NCBI GenBank assembly: GCA_035292445.1
Contig: DATDQB010000009.1
Location: 5,632-69,631 of the forward strand
Direction: 5' to 3'
DNA from: Candidatus Omnitrophota bacterium
Lineage (GTDB): Bacteria > Omnitrophota > Gorgyraeia > Zapsychrales > Zapsychraceae
DNA length: 64,000 nt
Both the position numbers and the translations under genes were made by a program. Of this stretch, positions 48,422-58,953 are shown in pieces. Position 1 is the stretch's first letter; each line of letters opens with the position of its first letter. The notes below the pieces were generated by a model. That model saw only the letters and a program-made list of their open reading frames with translations. It made no database searches and was not told where the DNA came from.

Positions 48422-49304
48422 CCTTCACTAAAAAATAAGCCCCAAAAATACCCGCATCATCTCCCAATTTGGCGCGCACGATCCTTACCGATGCACCCGC
48501 CACTTTAATGGACTTTTGCCTGATCGTCTTCTTGATGGCCGGAGCCAAGTATCTGAAATTATTGGACACGCCGCCACCGACAATAATCAATTTCGGATTA
48601 AGGAGATTCACGATACCGGCCAACACAAACCCGATATGCGCCCCGGCTTGTTGCCAAAATTCGATGGCGCGGGCGTTACCGTTGCTGGCCAAAGCGAACA
48701 CTTCCTCTAGACGGATATTCTTTTTTCTGAAGATCTTTGCCGCCTTGGCCTGCAAAACCGCATTCCCGACGTATCGTTCAAGGGTTTTATCAAGATAAGG
48801 GATATGGCCGATTTCGCCGGCCACGTAATCTTCGCCGCGGTAAAACCGGTTGCCGATGACAATCCCGCTTCCGACACCTGTCCCCAAAGTGAGGCAAATA
48901 AGGTTTTTGCATCCAACCCCAGCCCCCTTTTTCCATTCGGCTAAGGTGACCAAATTGACATCATTATCGATAAAGACAGGTAAGTTTAACTTTCGCCGCA
49001 GTATGCTTGAAAGAGGTACACGGCGCCAACCCGGAATATTGGGCAAGAATCGGACCAGGCCTTTTTGAGGGTCAATAAAGCCGGGAAGCCCAAGCCCAAC
49101 ACCCAAAATTTGGCTTTTCTTAAGAGATTTGCTATTGATTAATTCGACCGCTTCTTTGGCTATCGCATCGATAAGTTTACTTTTACGATGCATATAACTT
49201 TTTGTATTTAAACGACTTCGGGCAATAAGTTTCCCCTTCGGGTTAACAAGGCCCAACTTCACGTTGGTCCCACCCACATCGATCCCTATAATATATTTAT
49301 TCAT
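48384..49304 (-). CDS. ROK-family sugar kinase (glucokinase-like)
   Basis: GIDVGGT, DNDVN, TLGTGVGSG and AGEIGH. Confidence 0.9.
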   Translation of the reverse strand: MNKYIIGIDVGGTNVKLGLVNPKGKLIARSRLNTKSYMHRKSKLIDAIAKEAVELINSKSLKKSQILGVGLGLPGFIDPQKGLVRFLPNIPGWRRVPLSSILRRKLNLPVFIDNDVNLVTLAEWKKGAGVGCKNLICLTLGTGVGSGIVIGNRFYRGEDYVAGEIGHIPYLDKTLERYVGNAVLQAKAAKIFRKKNIRLEEVFALASNGNARAIEFWQQAGAHIGFVLAGIVNLLNPKLIIVGGGVSNNFRYLAPAIKKTIRQKSIKVAGASVRIVRAKLGDDAGIFGAYFLVKDAFIDRKSYLKK

Positions 49305-49483
49305 AGTTTAGATGAAATTAAAGGCAAGGATTAATACTAATATTAATGGAAATTCATCTAAGGCTTGGAAATTCGATTAAAAATACGCTGGTCTTTTACT
49401 TGATGGGATTATTCTACATGAATCGCTTAAACAGGGCAATAGCCTTTTGCCTTATTTTGGAGCCCTTTGAGGCCATATTTTTT

Positions 49484-50506
49484 CTAATCCTCTTGATAGA
49501 CCCCGAAAGAACAAACGCGATTACGCCCCTGTTTTTTGGCGCGGTATAACGCCCAATCGGCCTTATCGACCAACTCGGAAAGCTTGGTCCCGTCTTTGGG
49601 GAACTGGGAAATGCCGATGCTGACGCTTGTTTGAAGCTGTGTATCATAGGCTTTGATCAAGGCCTTTTCGGTGGCCTGGCGGATACGTTCGGCCGCAAAT
49701 TGGGCCCCCTGCGCAGACGTATCGGGCAAAACGACGCAAAACTCCTCGCCGCCATAGCGGCCGGCGATATCAATCTCCCGCAGGTTTTCTTTGATGATGC
49801 GCCCGATTTCACTGAGCACTTGATCGCCCGTCAAATGGCCGTAGGTATCGTTGATTTTCTTAAAATGGTCCACATCAACCATTAAAACGGCCAGATTCAG
49901 ATGTTGCGACTTGGAGCGGTTCATTTCTTCCTGAAGCCGTTCCATCGTGTAGCGACGGGTACGCACCTCCGTTAAGCTGTCCGTAATGGCGATCTGCTCG
50001 ATCTCCTGATATAATTTCACCCGCCGTAGCGCCAAAGAAAATTGGGTCGCCAAAATAGCCATTTTTTCTTTTTCATCCTCGGACACCCCCTTGACGACAA
50101 GGTGCCCGACGTTTTGATCTTTGGTTTTTAATGAAAAAATAAAATAATCGGGGTCCTTCCTAAAGTTGTCGATGTCTTCATTCTGAAGGTCCAAAAATTG
50201 ACAATCGACCAGCCTGACATGTTCTTCCAGCTTTTTCTTAAACATGCCGAAAGCTTCTTTTTCATGCAACGTCTTGGTGATGTCTTTGGTGATTTCATAT
50301 AAGGTAAAGATATCCGTTGCTTCCGCCTGTAATTCTGTTTTCTTTCTATCCAACGCCTCCTTTTTGCCTTCCAAATGGCGCAATCTTTCTTTAAGGGCAT
50401 TCACTTTCTCTTCGCTTTTGCCTTCCTCTTCGATAACAAACCGCCGGGCACAAGAAAAGATACCGCCAATATAAACAACAATAACTAAAAACAATACTAG
50501 GTCCAT
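49484..50506 (-). CDS. Diguanylate cyclase (GGEEF) with RxxD I-site
   Basis: TDSLT, DVDHFKKINDTYGH and REIDIAGRYGGEEF. Start at MDLV (50506). Confidence 0.92.
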   Translation of the reverse strand: MDLVLFLVIVVYIGGIFSCARRFVIEEEGKSEEKVNALKERLRHLEGKKEALDRKKTELQAEATDIFTLYEITKDITKTLHEKEAFGMFKKKLEEHVRLVDCQFLDLQNEDIDNFRKDPDYFIFSLKTKDQNVGHLVVKGVSEDEKEKMAILATQFSLALRRVKLYQEIEQIAITDSLTEVRTRRYTMERLQEEMNRSKSQHLNLAVLMVDVDHFKKINDTYGHLTGDQVLSEIGRIIKENLREIDIAGRYGGEEFCVVLPDTSAQGAQFAAERIRQATEKALIKAYDTQLQTSVSIGISQFPKDGTKLSELVDKADWALYRAKKQGRNRVCSFGVYQED

Positions 50507-50510
50507 ATTT

Positions 50511-51833
50511 TTAAATGGTGCAAACGCGGTTCCGGCCTTCTTTCTTAGCCATGTAAAGGGCCTGGTCCGCCTTTTCAATCAATTCCTCTTTTGTTTTCGC
50601 ATTCTTTGGGGCTGATGAAACGCCGATGGAAACCTTAATATAGGTTTCTTCCCGCCTTAACGTGATGGTGGTTTTGCCGATTGCTTGACGTAATTCTTCC
50701 GCTATCTCCATCGCCTTTTTATGGGAAACCTCAGGCAATAAAACACAAAACTCCTCCCCTCCGTAGCGGCAAACCAAATGCCCTGGCTCCTTGAAAAACT
50801 CCGATAACAACTTTCCGATGGTCTTTAGCACAATATCGCCGGCCACATGGCCAAAGCTATCGTTATATTTTTTGAAATAATCGATATCGATGAGCAAAAA
50901 AGAGAGCTCGCCCTTTCGCCTCATTTGGCGGCTGAACTCCTCTTGCAAGCGCTCCAATAAATACCGGCGCAGATACAGTAGCGTCAATCCGTCCCGGATG
51001 GCCAACTGTTCCACGCGCTCATACAGCTGGGCGTTTTCAATGGTAAGAGCTCCCATATCCGCGATGGTTTGCAGGAACCGCAGATCTTCCGTTGTGAAAC
51101 GGTTCTCATTGGGGCTATCCACTCTCAAGATCCCAAGCGCTTTATTCTCGACCGTTAAAGGAGCGCTCATCACCGACCTGATGGACCTGGCATCATCCGG
51201 ATTGATTTTTTCCACATCAAAGCGATAGTCGCTTTTGGCATCTTCAATAAGCAACGGCTGCATGGCCTTAACCACCCACTGGTCAAAAATATCGCCCCTT
51301 TTTGATTTTAGATTGACGCGCATCTGGCCCTTAAGAGACGATGAGATCCCGAGCTCCCCGGTCTTGGAATGAAACAAATAAAGAATGATGGTCGTTTCTT
51401 CCGAGCCGAATAATTTGTTGACCTCTTCCGAAAGCGTCTTGACCGTATCTTCCTGCGTCAAACACATGCTCAAGCGCTCCGTCATGCCTTTCAACTGGGA
51501 AAAATTGACGATTTTCTCCCGGGTAGATTCGATGATCTTTTGCTCCTTTTCGATCTCCGCGTCCATCAAATTCATCTGTTCCTGAAGATTAAGGACGTTC
51601 AGCTCTATATCGGCTTCCTTCTTGGCCAAACGCATCCGAATGGGCAGCAAAAAAAGGATGCAGACTAACAGCCCAAGAGCGATGTAAACAAAAAAGTTAT
51701 TGTTGAAAAGAATGGCGTAGGCAAAAAAACCCAGAAGAGGGAGGTAAAAGAAGACCGCTAGCTTCAGAGGGGAACTAGTCCTTCGACTAGTTGTCGAACC
51801 ACTAGCAAATTGTTTCTTCTGTTTCTGGGTCAA
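50511..51833 (-). CDS. Membrane GAF-GGDEF diguanylate cyclase
   Basis: Two TM helices, a GAF domain (RSVMSAPL...ENAQLY), RDGLT and CRYGGEEF. Start uncertain. Confidence 0.92.
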   Translation of the reverse strand: MTQKQKKQFASGSTTSRRTSSPLKLAVFFYLPLLGFFAYAILFNNNFFVYIALGLLVCILFLLPIRMRLAKKEADIELNVLNLQEQMNLMDAEIEKEQKIIESTREKIVNFSQLKGMTERLSMCLTQEDTVKTLSEEVNKLFGSEETTIILYLFHSKTGELGISSSLKGQMRVNLKSKRGDIFDQWVVKAMQPLLIEDAKSDYRFDVEKINPDDARSIRSVMSAPLTVENKALGILRVDSPNENRFTTEDLRFLQTIADMGALTIENAQLYERVEQLAIRDGLTLLYLRRYLLERLQEEFSRQMRRKGELSFLLIDIDYFKKYNDSFGHVAGDIVLKTIGKLLSEFFKEPGHLVCRYGGEEFCVLLPEVSHKKAMEIAEELRQAIGKTTITLRREETYIKVSIGVSSAPKNAKTKEELIEKADQALYMAKKEGRNRVCTI

Positions 51834-52905
51834 AGAAATGCACCTTGCTCATGTCAAACACGAGATCCATGTCCCGGTTGACTTCAGGGCGGTTATGAGC
51901 GCCAACGCGTGCAATAAAGGTGTGTTTGCCTGAATTGAGATATAAATAGACTTCGGAACCCAACGGTTCGATAACCTCACAGATGGCCCGCACCACGTTG
52001 TCGGGGGACGATTCGGAAACAAATAATTTATCGTAAATATCTTCGGGGCGTATGCCGAAGATAATATCTTTCCCTTCGTAAGGGGTGATAACTTTATACA
52101 TTTCCTCGACCAGTTTCACCTGGAATTTGCCCTCATCAAAGTAGTATTTGCGTTCCTTCTTTATGATCCGTCCGTTCATAAGACTGATCGGAGGCGTCCC
52201 CAAAAAGCTCGCCACGAATTTGTTGGCCGGTCTATCATAAATAGTCATCGGATCGGCGCATTGCTGCACTTTGCCGTCTTTCATCACAACAATGCGGTCC
52301 CCCAACGTGAGCGCCTCGGTCTGATCATGCGTGACATAAACAAACGTCGATTGAAGCCGCAGGCGCAATTTATGGATTTCGGTGCGCATCTGGACGCGCA
52401 GCTTGGCATCCAAGTTGCTTAAAGGCTCATCAAACAAAAAAGCCATCGGCTTACGGACAATCGCCCGCCCTAACGCGACCCTCTGGCGTTCCCCACCGGA
52501 GAGCTGCCCGGGTTTACGATCTAAAAGCTTCTTGATCCCCAGGATTTCCGCGGCCTCGTTGACCCGGCGGTCAATTTCATGCTTGGGGTATCGGCGCAGC
52601 CTCAATCCGAAAGACATGTTTTCATAAACGCTCATGTGGGGATATAGGGCGTAGTTCTGAAAAACCATCGCGATATCGCGGTCTTTGGCGGGAACATTAT
52701 TGACAAGGCGGTCGCCGATCCAGATCTTGCCCTCGCTCACCTCTTCTAGCCCGGCAATCATCCGCAAGGTCGTCGATTTACCGCATCCCGAGGGGCCGAC
52801 CAGCACCATAAATTCCTTGTTTTCGATGCCGACCGTGACATTGTCAACGGCTTTGACGCCGCCTTTATAAGTCTTGGAAACGTTTCTTAAGCTGATTTGA
52901 GCCAT
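51802..52905 (-). CDS. MalK/MsmX-type sugar ABC ATPase
   Basis: GPSGCGKST, VFQNYALYPH, LSGGERQR, DEPLSNLD and a TOBE tail. Confidence 0.94.
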   Translation of the reverse strand: MAQISLRNVSKTYKGGVKAVDNVTVGIENKEFMVLVGPSGCGKSTTLRMIAGLEEVSEGKIWIGDRLVNNVPAKDRDIAMVFQNYALYPHMSVYENMSFGLRLRRYPKHEIDRRVNEAAEILGIKKLLDRKPGQLSGGERQRVALGRAIVRKPMAFLFDEPLSNLDAKLRVQMRTEIHKLRLRLQSTFVYVTHDQTEALTLGDRIVVMKDGKVQQCADPMTIYDRPANKFVASFLGTPPISLMNGRIIKKERKYYFDEGKFQVKLVEEMYKVITPYEGKDIIFGIRPEDIYDKLFVSESSPDNVVRAICEVIEPLGSEVYLYLNSGKHTFIARVGAHNRPEVNRDMDLVFDMSKVHFFDPETEETIC

Positions 52906-52938
52906 AAGATTAAGTATTAGTATATTTATTAGGTGTTT

Positions 52939-52967
52939 ATTCTAATGAAACTTTCCGAAAAGTGCAA
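52939..52967 (-). promoter_or_regulatory. Sigma70 promoter upstream of the malK-like gene
   Basis: TTGCAC-17nt-TAGAAT. Confidence 0.6.
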
Positions 52968-52987
52968 TTGATTTATTTGAGGCTGAT

Positions 52988-53869
52988 TTAGGATGCCTTT
53001 TTGGCTGAGGCGGACCTTGAAGAAGAATTGGGTTGGGTGAAGTCAATGATCTTAGCGATGGTTTCTCTGAGCTCTTTCCGGCCAACTATCATATCAATCA
53101 GCCCATGTACCAATAAAAACTCGGAGCGTTGAAAACCTTCCGGCAGCTTTTGGCGGATGGTCTGCTCAATGACGCGGGGACCCGTAAACCCGATCAAGGC
53201 CTTCGGCTCGGCAATGATAAAATCCCCCACCCCCGCGAAAGAGGCCATGATGCCGGCCATTGTCGGGTTTGTCAGAATGGAAACATGAAGCAAACCTTCT
53301 TCACCGTGCTTGGCCAAAGCGGCACACGTTTTGGCCATCTGCATCAAAGAAAATACCCCTTCATACATCCTGGCCCCGCCGCCGGAACCGGAAACGATCA
53401 CCACCGGTAAGCGTTCTTTTGTCGCACATTCAATAGCCCTGGTGATCTTCTCCCCGACCACCGAGCCCATCGATCCCATGATAAAGCGTGAATCGGTCAC
53501 CGCGATCACCACGTCACAGCCGTTTAATTTTCCCCGCCCTGTGATAACGGCCTCGCGCAAGCCGGTCGCTTTTTGATCCGCTTTTAATTTTTCCTTATAG
53601 GTCTTGGGGCCCTTAAACTGCAGCGGGTCGACAGAGACCAACTGCGTATCAAACTCATTGAAAGTGTTTTGATCGATCAGAAGATTGATACGTTCCTGGG
53701 CGCTGAGAGAGAAATGATAATCACATTTGGGGCAAACGTTTGAATTATTCTGCAGCTCTTTCGTGTAGGTGACAGACCCGCAATCAGGGCATTTCGTCCA
53801 CAGGCCTTCGGGGATATCTTTCTTTTTGATATTAACAAGTGTGTATTTCTTTCGTCCGAACAGGGCCAT
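52988..53869 (-). CDS. accD: Acetyl-CoA carboxylase carboxyltransferase beta subunit
   Basis: LWTKCPDC...CPKC, GSMGSVVGEKI, GGARMYEG and FTGPRVIEQT. Confidence 0.96.
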   Translation of the reverse strand: MALFGRKKYTLVNIKKKDIPEGLWTKCPDCGSVTYTKELQNNSNVCPKCDYHFSLSAQERINLLIDQNTFNEFDTQLVSVDPLQFKGPKTYKEKLKADQKATGLREAVITGRGKLNGCDVVIAVTDSRFIMGSMGSVVGEKITRAIECATKERLPVVIVSGSGGGARMYEGVFSLMQMAKTCAALAKHGEEGLLHVSILTNPTMAGIMASFAGVGDFIIAEPKALIGFTGPRVIEQTIRQKLPEGFQRSEFLLVHGLIDMIVGRKELRETIAKIIDFTQPNSSSRSASAKKAS

Positions 53870-53880
53870 AGGGATATCCT

Positions 53881-55146
53881 TTAATCCATCTTATAAACCG
53901 TTAACCCCGAAAGAACTTTAGGATAGAAGTAGGTGGTTTTGGGGGGCATGCGCTCGCCGTTTAAGGCGATTGATTTTAGCTGCTCGATCCTGACGGGATT
54001 CATAATAAAACCGCATTCCGCCTGATGGGCGTCTACCTTTTCGAAAACTTCATTGACGTCTTTGGTATAGACGATGTCATCCGAGGAAGCGCCGATCTTA
54101 TCAAGAATAAAATGCTTAAGGATCGTGGCGTCCAAATTCTTGAAATCTCTGGAACCTTCTTTGATTTGCTCGTTAATGAGCAGCTGATTCTTCATCCGCA
54201 ATAACTTAACGTCATCACGCGTGTATAGGCCGAAGGCGTGCTCGTTACGCCCGGCTTTGGCCAACATGATCACCAATTCATTTTTATTCCTGATCCGGTC
54301 GATGCGAAAATATTTCTCCAAAAAATCCAATGAAACAGGCAATTTTTTAATAATACGGTGGATCGGGAAGATCAACAGATCTTTCGAATCGATGTTCGTA
54401 AAATAAGTCATGACGTAATTAAACGGTTCCGAACCGTTAAAACTCGCCTTTTTAGCCCGCCTGATCTGCCGGTATTCGTTGGCGACTTTATAACGATGAT
54501 GCCCGTCGGCGATAAAAATCTGCTGGTCCTTAAGATAATCGTTGATTTCTTTGATCAGCCCGGGATCGGACAACCGCCATAATTTATGATGAATGCCGTC
54601 TTTGTCCTCGACGTCTATGAGAGGCTTGGTTGAAAGCATTTTTTTGTTGAAAATCTTTTCAACCTTTCGTTGACGGTCGGAGTAACAGACAAAAATGCAG
54701 CTTAAGTTGGCATTTAAAGCGGCCGTCAATTTCAAACGGTCTTCAACGGCCTTGGTATGCGTATTTTCATGGGGATATACTTTCGATTCATGCTGGTCCC
54801 GCAATTCCATTAAAGAAATAAACCCCATACGGCTGTGTTTTTCCCCATGAAGCGTGTACTCCTGACGGTAAAAATAGATGCACGGCTCCTCATCCTGGGT
54901 CAATATTCCTTTCCTAAGCCAATCCTCGAACAGCTCCTTAGCACGCGCATATTTGTTGTCGGAGCGATCGTCACTGGGGCGGTCTTTTCCCAAATCAATG
55001 TGGGTGAAGTTGTACGGGCTAAAATTATGTAAAAAGGTCTGTTCCTCCGCAGAGATGATATCATAAGGAGGTGAGACGACTTTTTTAAGGTCACCCGTCT
55101 TCTTTTCGTTATAATAAACGGCCCTGAATGGTTTGATCCTGGGCAT
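53881..55146 (-). CDS. DUF1015 family protein
   Basis: SPPYDII, PHENT, IADGHHRY and MPPKTTYFYPK. Confidence 0.9.
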   Translation of the reverse strand: MPRIKPFRAVYYNEKKTGDLKKVVSPPYDIISAEEQTFLHNFSPYNFTHIDLGKDRPSDDRSDNKYARAKELFEDWLRKGILTQDEEPCIYFYRQEYTLHGEKHSRMGFISLMELRDQHESKVYPHENTHTKAVEDRLKLTAALNANLSCIFVCYSDRQRKVEKIFNKKMLSTKPLIDVEDKDGIHHKLWRLSDPGLIKEINDYLKDQQIFIADGHHRYKVANEYRQIRRAKKASFNGSEPFNYVMTYFTNIDSKDLLIFPIHRIIKKLPVSLDFLEKYFRIDRIRNKNELVIMLAKAGRNEHAFGLYTRDDVKLLRMKNQLLINEQIKEGSRDFKNLDATILKHFILDKIGASSDDIVYTKDVNEVFEKVDAHQAECGFIMNPVRIEQLKSIALNGERMPPKTTYFYPKVLSGLTVYKMD

Positions 55147-55553
55147 TACGCTCGGCCCCTTTCTGCGCTATCCTTGACTTTCACAAATAACCAACCGCCC
55201 AACATCCCGCCAAGAGTATCGGCGATGACATCGAAAACGCTCGCAAAGCGCCCTTCCACAAAAGATTGGTGTATTTCATCACTGATGCCGTACAAAAGAG
55301 CAAATAAGACGGCTACGGCAACAAGCGTGTACCTACGGTCAAACTTCGCTGTATGGAACAAAGCCCTGGCAGCCAGATAGCCAAAGGGTATATATTCCAA
55401 CATGTGAAAAAATTTGTCAACATTAAAGCCTTCAAAGGGAGGCTTAAGGCTTGGCAGCGAAGATACACAAAAGATAATAGCAGAATAACCCAGCAGTGGA
55501 AACCAGAATTTGATTATTTTCCACAGGTCAAACGACCTTTTCTGGCTACTCAC
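55146..55553 (-). CDS. VanZ-family membrane protein
   Basis: DKFFHMLEY and YGISDEIHQSFVEGR...DVIAD. Confidence 0.88.
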   Translation of the reverse strand: MSSQKRSFDLWKIIKFWFPLLGYSAIIFCVSSLPSLKPPFEGFNVDKFFHMLEYIPFGYLAARALFHTAKFDRRYTLVAVAVLFALLYGISDEIHQSFVEGRFASVFDVIADTLGGMLGGWLFVKVKDSAERGRA

Positions 55554-55833
55554 TTTTGGGCCCCGTCTTCTTAGTTTCTCCTGAATTTTTGCCTAAAACT
55601 TCCGGTTTGGTTTGGGTGGGTGCTTTTGCCTTTGAATCCGTTTGGGAGGTTTTCTTATAATCCGTTTCGTAGAATCCGCTGCCTTTGAAGATGACCCCCG
55701 CTCCCGTACCTATTAAGCGAAACAGCTTGAGTTTAGAGCACTTAGGGCATTTTTTGAGCTTTCCATCGGCTATGGACTGCAAGATTTCAAATGAGTGGCC
55801 ACAAGCGGCGCATTCGTATTGGTAAGTTGGCAT
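55546..55833 (-). CDS. FmdB-family zinc-ribbon protein
   Basis: MPTYQYECAACGHSFE...CPKC...FKGSGFYETDY. Confidence 0.9.
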   Translation of the reverse strand: MPTYQYECAACGHSFEILQSIADGKLKKCPKCSKLKLFRLIGTGAGVIFKGSGFYETDYKKTSQTDSKAKAPTQTKPEVLGKNSGETKKTGPKSE

Positions 55834-55834
55834 T

Positions 55835-56968
55835 TTATTTAAATACCTTCTTTATCTTCTCTTTTATCGATTCACTAGCGGGCTGGACTTCCTCTCCGCT
55901 CACTCTAGCATACTCCTCCAACAGCCTCTTTTGTTCCGCCGATAGTCTGCTAGGCACCTGGATTATGACATTGACATACTGATCCCCGACACCGCCGTGA
56001 AGGTTGGGCATCCCCTTGGCCTTAAGGCGGAAAACCCTGCCGCTTTGAGTGCCGGATGGGATCTTCATGGAAACGTTGCCGTTTAAGGTCGGGACCGAAA
56101 CCTCTGCGCCCAAAGCCGCTTTGACAAAACTGACGGGAAGCTGCATATAAATATTATCCCCCTCACGCTGAAACGTATTATGAGGAAGAACGTGAATATA
56201 AAGGTATAGATCGCCCGCCCCGCCTTTGCCGATCTCTCCTTCACCGGCAATCCTTAATCGCGAAGAATTATCAACGCCGGCCGGGACCTTGACTTCGATG
56301 TTACGGGTGACCCGCACCGCCCCCCGGCCATGGCACTCAGGGCAAAATTCTGTAATGACTTTCCCGCCGCCGCGGCAATCAGGGCACGTTTGCTGCATCC
56401 TAAAAAAACCGGCGGACGTTGAAACATAACCCGAACCCGAACACGTGTGACACGTCTTTAATTTACTGCTATCTTTGGCCCCCGTCCCGTTGCATGACTT
56501 GCATAGATCTTCGCGGGGGACCCTTATATTCTTCTTAATACCGCTAAAGGCTTCTTCCAATGTGACATCGATCTCATATTGAATGTCATGGCCGCGCTGC
56601 GGGCCGCGCGAGCGGGAACGCCGTCCGCCGAAAATATCTTGACCGCCGAAAAATTGGCTAAAAATATCGCCCAGATCGGTATCGCCGAAGACGCTGCTAA
56701 AGTCCGCCCCCCGGAAAATATCTTCCGCCGTGAAATTCTGATCAATGCCGGCATGGCCGTACTGATCGTACGTTTGCCTTTTCTTCGGGTCCGATAAAAC
56801 ACCGTAGGCCTCGGAGATCTCCTTAAACTTCTCCTCAGCCTCCTTTTTTTGGCCTTCAGGGACACGGTCAGGATGGTACTTTAAAGCCAACGAGCGGTAC
56901 TTCTTTTTAATGTCCGCAAGCACGGCATCTTTGGCGACGCCTAGAATTTCGTAATAATCTTTTTTCAT
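55835..56968 (-). CDS. dnaJ: Chaperone DnaJ
   Basis: J-domain HPD and four CxxCxGxG repeats. Confidence 0.97.
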   Translation of the reverse strand: MKKDYYEILGVAKDAVLADIKKKYRSLALKYHPDRVPEGQKKEAEEKFKEISEAYGVLSDPKKRQTYDQYGHAGIDQNFTAEDIFRGADFSSVFGDTDLGDIFSQFFGGQDIFGGRRSRSRGPQRGHDIQYEIDVTLEEAFSGIKKNIRVPREDLCKSCNGTGAKDSSKLKTCHTCSGSGYVSTSAGFFRMQQTCPDCRGGGKVITEFCPECHGRGAVRVTRNIEVKVPAGVDNSSRLRIAGEGEIGKGGAGDLYLYIHVLPHNTFQREGDNIYMQLPVSFVKAALGAEVSVPTLNGNVSMKIPSGTQSGRVFRLKAKGMPNLHGGVGDQYVNVIIQVPSRLSAEQKRLLEEYARVSGEEVQPASESIKEKIKKVFK

Positions 56969-56983
56969 GGTCTTAACACAAAC

Positions 56984-57010
56984 GTAGGGGCGAGGTGACC
57001 TCGCCCCTAC
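56984..57010. repeat. GTAG-REP palindrome between dnaK and dnaJ
   Basis: GTAGGGGCGAGGT-G-ACCTCGCCCCTAC, perfect 13-bp arms. Confidence 0.85.
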
Positions 57011-57032
57011 GAATGATTAACTTACCCTTATA

Positions 57033-58949
57033 TTATTTATCATCCTCTGCCTTAAAATCGGCATCGATGACATCATCTTTATTCTCGCCTTTTTGGGACG
57101 ATTGTTGTGAACCGCCTTGCCTGGCGGATGTGCCCGCAGCTTCTGCTTGGCTGCCTGCAGCCTGTTGAGAAGCTGAGGCTTTATAAACTTCCTCAGCCAG
57201 TTTGTGGCTCACCTTTTGTACCGCCTCCGTCGCCTGTTTGATCTTGGCGAGGTCTTTGGCTTTAATGGCGTCTTTTAACACGCCGAGTTCTTTCTCGATA
57301 TTGGATCTATCGCCGGCGCTGATCTTATCTCCGTAATCCTTAACAGCCTTCTCAGAAGAATAAAGAAGCGCATTGGCCTGATTGATGACTTCCACTTCTT
57401 CTCTTTTTTTCTTGTCATCGGCGGAATATTTCTCGGCTTCCTTCACCATTTTTTCGATCTCGGCTTCGGAAAGCTTTGTCGGCGCCGTGATCCTGATCGA
57501 CTGCTCTTTGCCCGTCCCCTTATCTTTGGCGGAAACGTGCACGATGCCGTCGGCATCAATATTGAAGGTGACCTCGATTTGCGGGATACCGCGCGGTGCC
57601 GGCGGGATACCGACCAAATCGAAACGGCCTAACTCGGTGTTATCAGCGGCCATTTCCCGTTCCCCTTGAAGGACACGGATCGTAACGGCCGTTTGATTAT
57701 CGTCCGCGGTCGAGAAAACCTGGCTCTTTTTGACCGGAATAGTTGTATTGCGTTCGATAAGTTTGGTGAAAACGCCACCCAAGGTTTCAATCCCTAAGGT
57801 AAGTGGCGTAACATCCAGCAGGAGAACTTCTTTAGCTTCCCCCTTAATGATGCCACTTTGAACGGCGGCGCCGAGCGCCACACATTCCATCGGGTCGATA
57901 CCGCGCTCGATCTTGGCATTGATCTGTTTTTCAACAAATTGCTGGACGATCGGCATGCGGGTCGGCCCGCCGACCAAAATCACACGGGCAATATTCGCAT
58001 CTTCGCCGAGTTTCTGCTTGGCGTCCTTTAAAGCCTGAAGGATCGGCCCGCGGCAACGGTCGATGATCGGAGAAACAAGCTCTTCCAATTTCGAACGCTG
58101 AATGGTCAGCGTTAAATGCTTCGGCCCGGAACTGTCAGCGGTAATAAAGGGTAAGTTCACTTCCGTTGATCCCGCACTGGAAAGCTCAACCTTGGCTTTT
58201 TCCGCCGCTTCCCGCAGGCGTTGAAACGCCATCTTGTCATTCTTGAGATCAATGCCGGATTCTTTCTTGAATTCCCCACAGATGTAATCGATGAGAATAT
58301 TATCCATATCCGTACCGCCCAGATGATTATCGCCGTTGGTGGATAACACCTCGAAGGTAGCGGCCTTATGTTCATTATCCCAACCCATTTCCAGGATCGT
58401 GACGTCCAACGTCCCGCCGCCGAAGTCAAAGACCATGATCTTCTGCTCTTTGCCGGCTTTATCCAGCCCATACGCTAAACAAGCCGCCGTCGGCTCGTTG
58501 ATGATACGAAGGACTTTAAGGCCCGCGATCTCACCGGCGTCTTTGGTCGCCTGGCGCTGGTTGTCGTTGAAATAAGCCGGGACGGTGATAACTGCTTCAT
58601 CAACCGGTTCCCCCAGATATTTCTCGGCGTCAGCTTTGATTTTCTGCAAAATAAAAGCGCTGATCTGCTGCGGAGTGAATTCTTTATCGAATACCTTAAA
58701 CTTATGGCTGGTCCCCATCTGGCGCTTGGCCGCGTAAACGGTGCCCTGGGAATTGACGGGTGCCTGACGGCGGGCGGGTTCGCCCACGAGCCGTTGGCCG
58801 TCTTTGGTGAAAGCCACAAAAGACGGAAACGCTTTGCCCGAAGCCACACCTGCGCCTTCGGCGGAAGGGATGATCTTTGGCTTCCCACCTTCTAAAACAG
58901 CCGCCGCTGAATTGGATGTTCCTAAATCAATACCTATTGCGCGTCCCAT
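57033..58949 (-). CDS. dnaK: Chaperone DnaK (Hsp70)
   Basis: [21 protein letters not shown] and LLLDVTPL. Confidence 0.98.
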   Translation of the reverse strand: MGRAIGIDLGTSNSAAAVLEGGKPKIIPSAEGAGVASGKAFPSFVAFTKDGQRLVGEPARRQAPVNSQGTVYAAKRQMGTSHKFKVFDKEFTPQQISAFILQKIKADAEKYLGEPVDEAVITVPAYFNDNQRQATKDAGEIAGLKVLRIINEPTAACLAYGLDKAGKEQKIMVFDFGGGTLDVTILEMGWDNEHKAATFEVLSTNGDNHLGGTDMDNILIDYICGEFKKESGIDLKNDKMAFQRLREAAEKAKVELSSAGSTEVNLPFITADSSGPKHLTLTIQRSKLEELVSPIIDRCRGPILQALKDAKQKLGEDANIARVILVGGPTRMPIVQQFVEKQINAKIERGIDPMECVALGAAVQSGIIKGEAKEVLLLDVTPLTLGIETLGGVFTKLIERNTTIPVKKSQVFSTADDNQTAVTIRVLQGEREMAADNTELGRFDLVGIPPAPRGIPQIEVTFNIDADGIVHVSAKDKGTGKEQSIRITAPTKLSEAEIEKMVKEAEKYSADDKKKREEVEVINQANALLYSSEKAVKDYGDKISAGDRSNIEKELGVLKDAIKAKDLAKIKQATEAVQKVSHKLAEEVYKASASQQAAGSQAEAAGTSARQGGSQQSSQKGENKDDVIDADFKAEDDK

Positions 58950-58953
58950 TGTA

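Noticed and set aside
49305-49365. AT-rich inverted repeat upstream of the ROK gene
   Set aside because: Only 9-bp perfect arms in AT-rich DNA; could be chance.
51774-51806. ACTAGT-containing short hairpin as a fifth heptamer family
   Set aside because: Too short and degenerate (ACTAGTC-CTTC-GACTAGT) to support; it may lie within the GGDEF N-terminus.
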